This document shows positions 12,924 to 25,829 of a stretch of DNA of 64,000 nt, in pieces; position 1 is the stretch's first letter; each line of letters opens with the position of its first letter. The notes under the pieces are model-generated. The model made no database searches and had not been told where the DNA came from. It saw only the letters and a list, made by a program, of their open reading frames with translations. The translations under genes were made by a program, and so were the position numbers. Origin of the DNA: Lama guanicoe (taxonomy: Eukaryota); assembly GCA_013239625.1 (NCBI GenBank), contig MU053561.1, positions 3,054,283 through 3,118,282 on the forward strand, read 5' to 3'.

Positions 12924-13527
12924 TTTTTCATATTCTTTTTCACTATAGATTTTTGCAAAATATTGAACGTAGTTCCCTGTGCTATACAGTAGGACCTTGT
13001 TTATCTGTTTTATATATAGCAGTTAGTATCTGCAAATGCCAAACTCCCATTTTATCCGTCCCCCATCCCCCTTTGTTATAAGTATTTTTTCTAAGTCTGT
13101 GAGTCCTTTCTGCTTTATAAATAAGTCCATTGGCATCATTTTTTTAAGATTTCACATATAAGTGATGTCATATAATACTTGTCTTTCTCTGTCTGATTTC
13201 ACTTAGTATGATAACCTCTAGGTCCATTCATGTTGCTGCAAATGGCATTATTTCATTCTTTTTAAGGCTGAGTAGTATTCCATTGTATATATATTCCATA
13301 ACGTCTTTATCCAATCATCTGTCGATGGACATTTAAGCTGTTTCCATGTCTTGGCTATTGTAAATAGTGCTGCTATGAACATTGGGGTGCATGTGTCTTT
13401 TCAAATTAGAGTTTTCTTTGGGTATATGCCCAGGAGAGGGATTGCTGGATCATATGGTATGTCTATTTTTAGGTTTTTAAAGGATCTCCATACTGTTTTC
13501 CAAAGTGGCTGCACCAAATTACATTAC
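12824..13527 (-). mobile_element. 5'-truncated L1 (3' UTR plus ORF2 C-terminus)
   Basis: L1 3' motifs (ttgaagtatagttgatt; ctctaggtccattcatgttgctgcaaatggc; ttggctattgtaaatagtgctgc). Confidence 0.92.
12892..12921. repeat. (TA)n microsatellite inside L1
   Basis: About 15 TA units. Confidence 0.95.
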
Positions 13528-14324
13528 ATGGTTGGTTATGCGTTTGATGGGTGTGACATCATCTGTGGTGCCTCTGCTTCTCTGTCACATGAGAGCAGCA
13601 CAGGGCTGTGTGGGCATCAGTAGGGGCTGTGGGTTTGAGCGTGTGCCCAGCACAGCGGGAGGGGAGCCACAAGGAATGGGACAACGTGGGCCTGGCAGGC
13701 AGCTCAGATTCGTGTTCTGCAGCCCCTTTGCAGGGTCCTGGGGACACTTTTGAGAGAGGGAAACAGAAAAGAGATCTGGAGGGAATTAGGGGCCCTTTCC
13801 CATGGGGGAGCTGTCTTGATGGTTTGGCCATCGAGCATTTCCTTTCCTGACCAGATGGCAGGATTTCCCAGGTGTTGAAGAGCCTCTTTCACTATAAAGC
13901 AAGGCAGTTGTGAGTGGAGGGGAGGGAAGTACAGCACACTGCAGAGAACGCACAGCCCCAAGTGTGGGTGTTGGGGTGAGATGGCGTGAAGGTGGGAGGG
14001 AGTGAGATGGGGAGCAGCAGCAGTGAGAGCAATATGCAGGGTGCTCCAACTGCTGCAGACGGAGGGGAAGACCAAACTGGAATGGCTGGAGGACCGGGGA
14101 AGCCGAGTGTGTCTTAGGGATCGGCAGTTACTAAGCCCAGATGAAGCTGATGCCAGGCCCCTGCAGAGGGAGTCTGAGTGTCCCTGCAACACAGGCTGCA
14201 GGAAGGATCCTTCCCTGCAGGAAGACAGACCCCAGGGGGCCTCTGGCGATGGGATTGGGCACAAAATTTAAGGGGGTAGCCAAAAAAGCCACAGGAATCA
14301 AAATATCCTAATGCAATCTGTTTA

Positions 14325-14990
14325 ACTGACTTTATTTTTTAGAGCGGTTTCAGGTTCACGGCACAATTGAAGAGAAGGTACAGAGACTTCTTGTAGATTC
14401 CCCAACCCTACCCATGCATAGCTTCCCCCGCTGTCAAAATCCCCCCCAGAGTGGTACACTTGTTACAGCTGATGAACCTACACCAACACATCATCATTAC
14501 CCAGAGTTTATACTTACATTAGGGTTCGCTCTCGGTATTGTATATTCTACAGGTTTCAACAAATGTATAATGACATGACATGTATCCACCATTATAGTGT
14601 CATAGAGAGTAATTTCACTGCCTAAAATATCCTCTGTGCTCCATCTTTTGTCCCCTCCCTCTTCCCTAATGCCTGAAAACCTCTAGCTTTTTACTATCTT
14701 CATAATTTTGCCTTTTCCGGAATGGACTCATACAGTATGATGGTTTTCAAATTGGCCTCCTACACTTAATAATATGCATTTTAGGTTCCTTCATGGCTTT
14801 TCATGAGTTCGATAACTCATTTTTTAGGGCCAAATAACATTCCATTGTCTGGATGTATTACAATTTATTTATGCACCACCTACTGAAGGACATCTTGGTG
14901 GCTTCCAAGTTTTGGCAGTTGCACAGGCTTTTGTGTGACATAAGTTTTCAACTCCTTTGGGTAAATACTAAGGAGAGCAACTTCTAGGTC
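14325..14990 (-). mobile_element. Older L1M (L1MA/MB-like) 3' fragment, apparently inserted in a hAT-like DNA element (~14230-15120)
   Basis: agagcggtttcaggttcacggcacaattgaagagaaggtacagaga; TSD aatgcaatct at 14310-14319 and 14991-15000. Confidence 0.75.
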
Positions 14991-16631
14991 AATGCAATCT
15001 TTTAAAAAATCAAAACTGATGACAAAATATGAAGAACAAATGATCAAAAATTTAAATGTAAACCCAATCTGACCCTGTACTTGTGTGACCTGGCCTCCTC
15101 ACCTTTCTCTCATCCTGGCTCCGTGGGTTTTACCCAGCAACCAAGCAGCTTTCTGATGGAAACTTTCCTACTCAATCCACATTCATGAGAGACTCCACCC
15201 CCAGCATCTCCAAAATGACTTATTAGTCTTTATTGGGGTGGAGTAATATTATTAGCCGGTCTTACGTAATTCTCTGATACTTTTCTCCTCAGAGAAGATT
15301 AAGCACATATAACATGTACACACGTTTCAGGCCTGGCGGCGGGGTGGCGGGGGAGGAGTCTGCAACCCTCAGGAATCTGTGTGCTGGGTAAAGGAGGTGC
15401 ACTGTCAATGCCCGGGGGGCTGGGGTGCTGCAGGGTTTTATACACTGAAATGTTGACTTATGCCTAATTGTTCTGCAGATGGGTTTGTTAGTCTACGTTC
15501 AGCTTCCTACCTCCTCATCAACCAGGTATTAAAGGTGAGAGGCACTCGCTCATTTGTGCATTCAACCAACATTTATCCAGCTCCCTGTGTAATAGGTATT
15601 GCTCAGTGCAGGGATGCAGAGGTAGGTCACAGAGGCCTGAACTAGAAGTGCTCACAGCCCGACAGGAGGACGTGTGAGGGACAATGAGGGTGATGAGAAT
15701 GATGTTAGAGGATTTGCACAGGATGCTGCAGTGCGAAGAGGTGGGATATCTAATATGCCCCCTCGTACAGTCAGGGTTGGGGACCTGTGGGCATTAGAAT
15801 TTAGCTAAAGGGGAAGGAGAGGAAGCTGTTGCAGGCAGAAAGAACTGTAAGGGTAAAGCAATGACTCCTTACTGCCCTCGGTGTGCCGAAGGGTATGAGA
15901 GCCAGTCCCTCAGCACGCTCTCTGCAAACTGCTCCAAGTTAAACCCCAATCCAGGTGAGAACAGCGGGCCTACTATGTAAGCACTGCCTCCCGGCACGGG
16001 CGCCTCAGTGCCATCTGGCCGGACGCCCCCCGAAGTGCCTGCTTAACACCCTGCCCTTCCCCTCTCAGGGCATGTACCGCACCGCCCGAGGTTGCCACCA
16101 GGCTGTTAGTTTCCTGATGCGAGGATGATTCTGCCCTGTCCTCTATTGTAGTCCTACTGCCTGATCCAATATGTGCTTCACAGTAAGTGCTCTATAAAAT
16201 ATTCAGTAAATGAGTGAATGGGAAGAGCAACAAGCTCAAGGACTCACAAGTCACATAGCACCCAGATTCTCTTATATTCCTTTTGCATTCTTTCAGTATT
16301 ATCCAATGACTTTGGATATCGCCAGTGTCCAATAAAGCCTTTTCATTAATTATGATCTACTGATTGACAGTCTCCTGGGCAAAGTAGACCCATGGGCTGG
16401 GCCTTATTCAGGAACTGGGAACCCCTTTCCTCTCCTCTCTCCTGCCAGTGGGATCCATATGGGTTGAACCCCTGAGGTATCATAGGTGTATTCTTTCCTA
16501 GAGGATGAATTTCCACTGCCTTTTATTTTAGCTTTCAAAATGAAACTTTGAGAAATTAGGAATTTCTTAAATTATTGTACAATTATGGACAACATCAAAG
16601 CAAAGGTTAAGTGGTAAGTTAAAAATACTCT

Positions 16632-17110
16632 GCTGAGTAGTATGCCATTGTGTATATTACTCAGCCATAAGCAAGAATGAAACAATGCCATCTGCAGCAA
16701 CAGGGATGGACCTAGAGATGATCACACTGAGTGAAATAAGTCAGAAAGAAAGAAAAATACCATATATCACTTCTATGTGGAATCTAAAAAAAATGATAAA
16801 AATGGACTTATTTACAAAACAGAAACAGACTCACAGACATAAGAAACAAACTTACGGTTATCAGAAGGAAGAGAGGGGTGGGAAGGGATAAATTGGGAGT
16901 TAGGGTTTACAGATACTGACTACTGTATATAAAATAGATCAACAACAAAGTTATACTGTATATCACAGGGAACAGCATTTAATATCGTGGAAGAATCTAT
17001 GTTGAAAAAGAATATGAAAAGGAATATATACATGTGTATAACTCAATCCCTATGCTGTACATAAGAAACTAACACAACATTGTTAATCGACAGCAATTCA
17101 ATAAAAAAAA
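16632..17110 (+). mobile_element. 5'-truncated L1 with a short 5' inversion
   Basis: ORF2 C-terminal remnant MPSAATGMDLEMITLSEISQ, 3' UTR and poly(A); 16632-16655 is reverse-strand L1 sequence. Confidence 0.9.
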
Positions 17111-17279
17111 CCCTACTTGAAAATTTCCTGTCCATTCCAAACAGCTATGTTGAGTAACAGATCCCTTAATGAAGCAATTATATTATTTATTAATCAGCAA
17201 GGTTCAAAGAGTAAAGATTTGATAGCACAACATCTGGAAGAGTGTGGCCTTACGGTAGAGGCTGGGAAAGAATCCATCA

Positions 17280-17470
17280 CTTTAAGTCCTGGGTCCTCTG
17301 TTTACTTTTTATAAATCCCTGGACAAGTTGCTTTTCCTCTCCCCAGCATTTCCTCCTCTGTGAAATGGGCACAGTAATGCCTGGCCTGCTTTCCACCCCA
17401 GCGTTGTCGTAAGGATCGGATGAAATCATTGGAGTGAAGATATTCTGCAAACCACAGCATGCCGGGCAAA
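17280..17470 (+). mobile_element. MIR SINE
   Basis: tttcctcctctgtgaaatgggcacagtaat...gttgtcgtaaggatcggatgaaat. Confidence 0.7.
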
Positions 17471-17892
17471 TACAAAGAATTGTTGTTTTTAACTGGATTT
17501 ACATTCTTACAAAAAAAAATTGAGGTACGAATAGTAATCACAGAGGAGGAGGCAAAATTGCTAGATTTCTAGGAACATGGGGGTGGCAGTGAGATCTACC
17601 TTCCACGATCCCCAGCCCTTCAACCCAGAACCAAAAGAGTAGGGGAATGGGAGACGCTTCTAGAACTTAAAATGGAAAAAATCTGTCTCTGATACATATG
17701 TTTAGCCATCTGCAGTTGTAAACCGAGATGACGTATTTGACTGAAGGGTTTGAAAACACTCAAACACCAAGCAAGGTGATCTTGCAAGGTGGTGTAATCT
17801 CAGGTAGATAGGCCTGACTGTGATTGCAAATTGGAAACAAGGATCCTAATGGCTTCCTATGTCACTTTATTGTACCAACTGGGATGTGACGC

Positions 17893-18080
17893 TGTGCTTT
17901 CAAATGTGGTCTACAGGTAACCTGCATCAAAGTCACCTGGAGATGGTGTAAGGTTAGGCATGGCTTGTTAACATGTACATTCTGGGGCCCCATATCCCAG
18001 AACCGTGAATCAGAATCCCTGGCGATGAGGTCGGGGGATCTGCACTTTAAAGACAAAGCCCCAGGTTCCAGAACAACTAC
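17893..18080. mobile_element. MER5-like hAT-Charlie MITE
   Basis: ctgcatcaaagtcacctggag...gaatcagaatccctgg...gatctgcacttt. Confidence 0.65.
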
Positions 18081-19269
18081 TTTTTAGAGTCTGCCTGATA
18101 ACAGTCCACTTAGTTTGCCTCCTCCTAAGGCAAAAGCAACTTTGGAAAGATTTCAGAAGAGGAAAGAAATGATTTAGGGTAACTAAGATTTGTTTATAAA
18201 GGGAAATGAAGTATGTATAGGGTTGACTCTATGAAGTCAGGACTCTGGTTTATAAATATTTGAAAGGAACAAACTCAAGGGGTGGAATCTAGATGTTTTA
18301 TTCAGGTGCCAGAAGGCCTAAGTAGGAGTAATGGAATGACAGGAGCAAAAAGAACTTGGGCCAGACATCAAGGAAAACATCCGACAGTGTGAAAAAACTG
18401 TCAGAGAGTCATTTCACATGGGTAAGTCAACCAAAATGTCAGTCCATTCAGTGGAAAAAACAGTTGGGCCGCATTTGAAAAAACAACCCATCGAGTGCTT
18501 AAAATTACTCTCTCTCTTTTTAAACTGTTGTTTTGACGTCTGAAGCTTTGTTATCCTAAGTCACAGGAATCAAGATGATTCTTAATAAATGAAAACATGG
18601 CTCGTGAAAAATTTTTGGGACAGGAAGTGCCTCCTGGTTCTGGCGAGAGCTAGAATGAGGAGAAGCAGAAAGTTAGCATAAAACTGCCTTGGGCATCCTT
18701 ATCTTGCCTTGAGCCCCAGCCTGGAAATGGTGTGAGCATCCGAGAAGCTGACATGTACTGAGAACTGACTAGGTGCCAGGCCCTGTCTCATGTAATTTGC
18801 GCAGCTCTGTCAGGTAGGTGTTATTGTTCCCATTTCATGGATGAGGAAAGTCGGGCTTCAAGAGTATAAGTAACTGGGAAATGAAAGCCTGGAATTTGGA
18901 CTCTCATCCACATGACCCCAGAGCCCATGCCTTTCTCTTCCAGCAGGTGTTGGGTACAAAGCACCACAGCCCTCCTTGGTATTTCTTTCTGTCCCTCTAG
19001 GCGACAAGGTGAGCTTAAGAGTCACCACACCTATAGACAATCAAACTCCCTCTAAGCCACCTGGATGCTGGGGAGCTCTGTGAGAAAAGGCTGTATTTGT
19101 CTCGCTTCAGATCCAACCATTGTCCACTAAAACTTGATGTTTTTGAATGCTGGTAAGATCAGAGTTCATGGGGCAGTTAGTGGAAGGGAATGCTATCTGG
19201 GCGATCTTTCCAGCCAAGATCTCTGAACCAGAAGCAATGGTGATGGAAATGAGTCCTTCCCTCTACCAC

Positions 19270-19380
19270 TGCCCCCTCCCTTTCCTCCTCCTCCTTCTCA
19301 TCTGTTTCTTTCTCCATCACCACCCTCATCCCTGCCACCTCCACCACCAGCATCAGCACCCCTGCCACCAGCATCACCTG
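19270..19380. repeat. CCT/CAC/CAT low-complexity tract
   Basis: Degenerate trinucleotide repeats that give the spurious His-rich ORF. Confidence 0.7.
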
Positions 19381-21579
19381 CTTATGAAGAAAAATTGAAT
19401 ATTATATATTTAATGTTCATGAACGTTACTCCCCACCACTCCCAAGAAAAGGACCCCAAATCAATGTTCTGTGCTAGATACTTCCCCCTTTCATACCAGC
19501 CACACTTTGGAAGCGTGACATAAACCCATGACACGAACATAAAAGCAAAAACAGAGCCATCATCCCTTACTCCAACCTGTGCAAAAGAACTCCTGCGTAC
19601 TCAGCCGTGAACCAAACTGTTATGGCTTCATAATCTCTTTCGACAGATATGAAGGGAGCTCAGCTCCCTTGGGGCGGCCCCCAGAGCTACAAGATCACTG
19701 GGTTAAAGAGAAGCAGTGTCTGGTAAGCCCCAGGCATGAGGATGCCCATGTATCTGTCTGCACATCAGGCCCTGAGCGGGAGCTCAGAGATGTGATCTAA
19801 AAAGGTGTCTCAGAACCGGCCTCGCACGTAAACGCGTGACAAATGTAGTTCTGCCGCGAAGGCTTTGGCCCCACCAGGAAATCTCAAGACTCGAGAACCT
19901 GCTGACACAAACAAGGGGAAGGGCTTGGTATCAAGTCTGAAGGCTGGGTTGGTTTGTTTGTTTTTATGGCTAATTTCTAATTTTTTTTTATTGTAATGTA
20001 GTCAGTTTAAGTGTTGTGTCAGAAGGTTTGTTTTTGGAAGCTGAAATCCGACTTGGGCAGCCAGGGTTCTCCGCAGCTCTCTAATTGTACCCTGGCTAGG
20101 AGGCCTGGGAAGCCTTCTGCGGGCCCCTGGGACGTCTAACTAGCTCTGCTTAGGTAAGACTCTGTGCAGATAAGCGCCCTTGGGCCTGCAGATGTGTAAA
20201 CAGCGCTCCCTCAGACACAAATTCAGCGTTTGACCAGATCTCAGATGCAGAAGCACAGAAGACGTGGGGGCTGCACTTGTGCCCGAGGAGGAACCCAGAA
20301 ATGGGTTCCAGGATGCGCGAGGATTTATGAGTGAGCCAACGATGAGAGATATGAAAGAGGGAGTCCAGTGGGGAGACAGGCATGGAACCAGCTTGGACAC
20401 GGCTTGGAAAGAGTATAGTCAGCGTGAGAGCTGGGCTTGCTCTGTTAAAGACAAGGTTTGCTGACAAAGTAAAAGGGGAGTGAAAGAGAAAGAGATTGGA
20501 GAAGGAGAGAGAAGAAAAGAGGGAGAAGGGTAAAGTTCAGTGAGGAACTAAGTGAGCCAGTCAAGTGCCTTTCAAGGAACTTACTGTCATAAGGGGGAAG
20601 GGGTGAAGATTCTTCTTTATCTACCCGGTCCAAAATGACAATACAAAATTAAGTAGAATTAGGGAGCAATCCCAAAGTGCTGAGTGTTTTGATTAATCAA
20701 AAAATAAAAGAGGTTGAAGGTAAAATCGGACTGGGAAAGCACATACTGAAAACACTGGACTGTCACTGAGGCCATGTCTCCACGTCTGGACAGTTTCACA
20801 CTGAGTGGAGGGAGCTGTGGTTTAAATCTGATTGATGTTAGAATTTCTCTGTCCTGTGGACTGTGTCGGCTTCGCGTCGTGACTTCCCATTCTGGGCATG
20901 GTTGGCACGACACCTGCTCCTCCGTCTTCCCCCAAGTCTGTCTGATGCCTTCAGTCCCGTAAGAGTTATCTTCCCTGCCATCTTCTCGCCCCCACATCGT
21001 GGTGCCGTCAAAGCAAGGGGTTCTTCCTCCCCGAGTGGGACCCTGATGAGGATCCTTTGCATTGCTAAAAGTGAAACTGAATTCTGAGTGTCACCCTCCT
21101 AAAGAGCTCTTTTTCCAGCTGGGAGAATTCCTGCCCATCATTTTACTGTTTGTTCTGACCAGTCAAGCTCCTAAGCAGAAAGGAGACACAGACCTTCCCA
21201 GTTTCATTAAAAAAAAAAAAAAATGGGGAGGGGTGTGTGTAAGGACAGAATGAGGCCTCAGAGAAGCTTGTAAAGAATCTGTGCTAATTTCTTCCTGCTA
21301 GCCATCCAAATGGATTATGTCTTTTCTGATTTTGACATTTTACAAGTACGTCATTTAAGGCAAAAGAGGCATATCAGGGAGGTCGATGGGAAAGTGAGCT
21401 TCAGAATTTCCAAACCGATTTTCCCACTGACTTCACCCGAGACTGTAGCCGTGTTCCCACAGGAAAAGAAAACCCCCGGGTAATCGGTGATGAAGGCTTC
21501 AGGTGAAGAGGCCAGTTCTGTGGCAAACGGGATAATCCGTTCTTCCAGCAGGATTAGGCCCTCCTGGAGTCCCATGACC

Positions 21580-21800
21580 CAGATGAGAGAAAAGAGCCCA
21601 GAATTTGGAGTTAAGCAGATCTGGACCTCAGCTCTGCCTGCTATAGGTAATGTCACCTGTAACAGTAATTTTAATGAAGCCAAATTCTCTGAGCTTCAGT
21701 TTCCACATCTATGAAAAGGCGATCATCATACTTATTTTGTAGTTATTATGAGACTTAAATGAGACAATGCTGCAAAGCCCTTGGTGTAAGTAGGTACCCC
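21580..21800 (+). mobile_element. MIR SINE
   Basis: ttctctgagcttcagtttccacatctatgaaaagg...gagacttaaatgagacaatgc. Confidence 0.7.
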
Positions 21801-22124
21801 CAAATGGAGCTTAGTTTTACCTAACAGCTCTCTTTCCATTAGAGATGAGAACTAATTCATATTGAGGGCCTACTATGTGCTGCTCACTGGCTACAGACCC
21901 TCTACATATTATAACAGCTACTGTTTCCTGAGTACATAAAATGGGGCAGTTCGGCAGCTTATGACTCCATCAGTGATCCTTATGGCAACTCTGTACAGTA
22001 AGTGTCCATCTTCCCATTCTACAGATGAAGAAAAGGAGGCCCGGATTTTCATAAGACTCCCTCATTGCCCTTATCTCCCAGCTACTCTCCCAGTCATGGG
22101 GGGTTACTTGCATATCTTGGATTT

Positions 22125-22278
22125 AGGATTGCCAAATGGATCCAGTAAAAATACAGGATGACCAGTTCAATTTGAATTTCAGATAACCAACAAACGCACT
22201 TTTAGTGTAAGTACGTCCCACACAGTATTGGGAACATACTTATACTAAAAAGATACTTGGTTGTCCTGTGGCAGCCCT
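22125..22278. mobile_element. MER53-like palindromic hAT MITE, right arm partly deleted
   Basis: aggattgcca...taaaaatacaggatgaccagttcaatttgaatttcagataa...central hairpin...ggcagccct. Confidence 0.8.
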
Positions 22279-23133
22279 GGTTGAATTCCACTCAGTGTTC
22301 TCCTCATTCTATGAGGAGTCACCACATCTGGAAACACTGGGCGATGCGAGCCCACTTCCGGCCACTGGCGCCTCCCCTACGACCGATGCTCCCTGCACGC
22401 TCTCTAACTCTGAGGCGTCAGGGTAGATTTAAAATGACCACATGTGCATTTTCCTTAGAAACAAGACCCTCTGCATCTATTCCTGCTGAGACCTATAAAT
22501 GGTTTATTTGCTGCTGCTACTCAGTGAAATCCCCCAACTTCACCCTGCTCAGATCGGCAAATAGTTGAAGTGTTCAATTTTAAACCAGTTCCAGGTCTTT
22601 TCATTAGATATTTAGCTGAGTTGGCTGCTAGTCAGTGGTTTCAGGATATTTGTTTTCAGCTGGAGGAGAATGGCAAGGGGACCATTTGCGCAGAGACTGG
22701 CTCACTGGTTGTCCTTGTTTTTGGTGATGCCTCTGCTCTTACTGTTCCTTCCTGAAATGCCAAGAATGTTGGCTCCTGAGCAAGCTGAATATCAGGCCCG
22801 ATTAGAAGCTGTTCGGATGAGTCTCCTGCACTGAAAATGTCCATGGAAACACTGAAGTTAGGAGAGCAGAAGGTAAAGCAGGGCATGGAATTCAGGGAAT
22901 CTGAGGCCCATTATGGAGCAATCCAACTGGAACTTGACAGTCTGGGAGGAGGTTCCTGGATGGCCCTGGAGACGTGGGAGGCTGGGAAGGAGGGTCAGGC
23001 TGGCCCTTTGGCTGTGTCTGGGGAAGGGGTATTGGAGTTTTAGCTCAGGTTACTTCATCAGGGGACCCTCATAGTCCCAGATGCTCCCACGTGCTTTCTT
23101 TTCTGGGGGAAAAAAAAGGGGGAAAAAAAGATT

Positions 23134-23604
23134 TGTGAAGAAAAACTTGTTGCCTCCCATTCCAGTCCTACAATGATCAAACCATCAGCTACCACTGCAG
23201 CCACCATGGACAGTGCCAGCGCACCCTGCGGGACATTCAGGATGGAGAAAAACGGGAAACATTCTGTGCTTTGAATCCATTGGCCCTTAGATAGTTAAGA
23301 TGGATGTCTAAGGAAAAATTTCAAATGACCCAAGATTCTGGCATCTTCCTATATATAGAAAAACACTAAAATCATTAACTTGAGATGTCTATTCTTTGTG
23401 ATTTGCAGTAATCTTTTGTTACTTGATTACATGTCTTTCTCAGCAAAAAAAAGTTCATATGTATCTTGGCTCTTCCCTTACTTCTTTGGGATAGTTCCTC
23501 AGAGCTGTCCGAGAGGCTGGCTCCCAGGCTATAGTTCTCAGTGAGGTCTCTGAGTAAAACTTAACTCACAACTTTTACACTGTGCGTTTTTCTTTCAGTC
23601 AACA
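23134..23604 (+). mobile_element. Solo LTR (ERV1-like)
   Basis: TG...CA termini, 4-bp TSD gatt (23130-23133 / 23605-23608), AGTAAA poly(A)-like signal near the 3' end. Confidence 0.8.
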
Positions 23605-24129
23605 GATTTCTGCATCCAACCTCCCACCAAACATCATACTTAAGTAGAGCAGACCCTTTGCACTCATGAATCTTATAGCTCCAGATGTTGGTAGAGTCTC
23701 AGAATTGCAAAGATATCCATGGTGTATAATTTCTATCAGGTCTCCTGTTCCTTTTACATTTTCTCACACCTCTAGGCTACACCTTTTCAGCTTTCACACA
23801 GTCTTCTAGACAGATGTTTGTAGAGATTCAGAAGTTGCTTGTTCCTGGGTTTCATGTACAGCTTATGGTGGACTTGTTCATGGCACAGACCTGAGTCATT
23901 GCCAACTTGGTGTTCTACTCCTTAATTGGTTTACAGTTTTTGTTTTAGGAGGGAGTGATAAAAAAAAATCTCTTTATTTCCGTCTGGCACTCACAGTTGT
24001 CATTCTTATGGCATCCACTTTCCAGAGAGAAACATCAGTTTTTGTCATCATAAGAGGCTCTATGTGAACAGCAGTGGACAGAGGATGATAAACCTGTGGT
24101 CTGATGCAGGTACCAAACAGCTGGCTCCG

Positions 24130-24330
24130 TGGTGGATAGGGCTCAGCTTCCTGGGTTTGAGTCCTGACTCTGCAACTTACCAGTTGGATGACCTTGGAAA
24201 TGTCACTTAATCTCTCTGTGACTCAGTGTCCTCATCTGTAAAATAAGGATGTGAACAGTGTCTATCTCACAGGCTTGTTATGAGGATTAAAGGAGCTAAC
24301 ACATGTCAACTGCTTAAAACAGAGGCTGAC
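24130..24330 (+). mobile_element. MIR SINE
   Basis: ctgggtttgagtcctgactctg...ctcagtgtcctcatctgtaaaataagg...gaggattaaa. Confidence 0.8.
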
Positions 24331-24437
24331 ACATTCCAACTCTAAGCATCTGGAATATATATTCTCTGGCTGCTGAGGGACCAGGAAGCCAAAGGGAGTC
24401 TGCCTTTCCCTGAGAGGGGCCTGGAAGGGAAGGAATT

Positions 24438-24745
24438 TGTTAACTGAAGAAAAGGACACAACCTAAAAGTTGCAAGTTAAGTTTTATTGGGGCACTACTG
24501 AGGACGCTAGTCCAGTAGACAGTCTCTCAGACAGCTCTAACGTGGTAAAGGAGGAGCCAGGATATATAGGATTTTTTGTCAAAAAACCATGTAGTTGAAC
24601 GTCAAAAGAGTACTGCTAATCACAAAAACCAGACATCTCAAGTTAATGAGTTTAGTACTTTTCTGTGTATGGGGAAATGCAAGTGGCTGATGGCTTGATG
24701 GTGGGCAAACCTTGTTGTCTACTAGAATGGCATTCCCTTTCCACA
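24438..24745 (-). mobile_element. Solo LTR, same family as 23134-23604, opposite orientation, internally deleted
   Basis: Aligns to the reverse complement of 23134-23604 (e.g. gacatctcaagttaatga, gacagctct, gttaagtttta); TSD aatt / aatg. Confidence 0.8.
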
Positions 24746-24965
24746 AATGTGACACACAGAGGCAGGGAGCAGCATGGGGAATGCCATCACTGACATCATG
24801 AATTTTTCACTGCAGAGCTAAGAGTCCAGATTAGTCCTTATCTTAGAGCCTCTTGGGATTTGAAATTCCAGGACTCTGTTCTGAGACTGGGTCAGGAAGC
24901 CCATCCCTCCAGACTTGGCTTCTGCAGGGTCCAATGCTCCCCTTCTACCTTGCAGGATGGGGACC

Positions 24966-25829
24966 TGTTGCCAAACTGAACTTGGGTCAACTTGCCCGCT
25001 GTGCAGCAAAGCCAGTTTTACTGACACCAAGTTGTGGTGAAGGAAAGCACAGTGTTTATTGCAGGTGCCAAGCAAGGAGAATGGGCAACTCCTACTCAAA
25101 AGACCCCAATTCCCTGATGGCTTTTATGGAAGGGCTTTAAAAAAATTTTTTTTTCTTTTCTTTAATGTAGGCACTGGGGATTGAACCCAAGACTTTGTGC
25201 ATGCTAAGCATGTGCACTGTGACTGTTATTTCCCTCCCCACTTAAAGAAGTTCTTTTAAAGGCAGCATTTGGAGTGAGGATTTCAGGGGCCTGACTTTCT
25301 TCTGATTGATTGGTGGTGAGATAACAGGGTGGTGTTTCAGGAATCTTAATCATCAGACTTCTGGTTCCAACCAGTCTGGGGTCTCAGTGCTTGTGGTCAG
25401 TATGTAGCCACCATCCTCCACCTGTGTGGGGACCTATGTTCCTGCAGAACAACACAAAGACATGTCAGATTGTTAGGTATGTCCCTTCGGAGGAACTAGG
25501 ACTGTTTTGTAGCTGCACTATTGTGTCTTGACTGCTTTTCCTTTGTTTCTGCATTCTCTCACTTCCCTAATTACTAACTGCTTAAATCTAGTCCTTGGAA
25601 CTCAGGGAAGGCCTAGGAGAATAAAGCCTTTTTCTACAAACAAGGAACGGGGGACCCAGAGGGGCTTTTGTACTCAGGAAGGCCCTGCAGGGTCCCACTC
25701 AGTTTCACCCCCATCATTTCTTTGATGCTCCTCAATCCTGAGGGGAAGTGGGGGCAGGAGAAGAAAGAGACTAGAGAGGTTCATCGTAAGCTCAGCAGGG
25801 GAACTCGATTTTAGGGGGATCTGGTTTCA
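24966..25829 (-). mobile_element. ERV1-like LTR element with nested SINE
   Basis: TG...CA termini, exact 4-bp TSD gacc (24962-24965 / 25830-25833); tttatt (AATAAA on minus strand) near 25055. Confidence 0.85.
25146..25239 (-). mobile_element. Vic-1-like SINE nested in LTR
   Basis: actggggattgaacccaagactttgtgcatgctaagca plus T-rich tail. Confidence 0.85.

Noticed and set aside
19147..19398. His-rich ORF
   Set aside because: Translation of a CAC/CAT low-complexity tract
23134..25829. Intact provirus between the LTRs
   Set aside because: LTRs are inverted or of different families, each has its own TSD, and no gag/pol/env is visible
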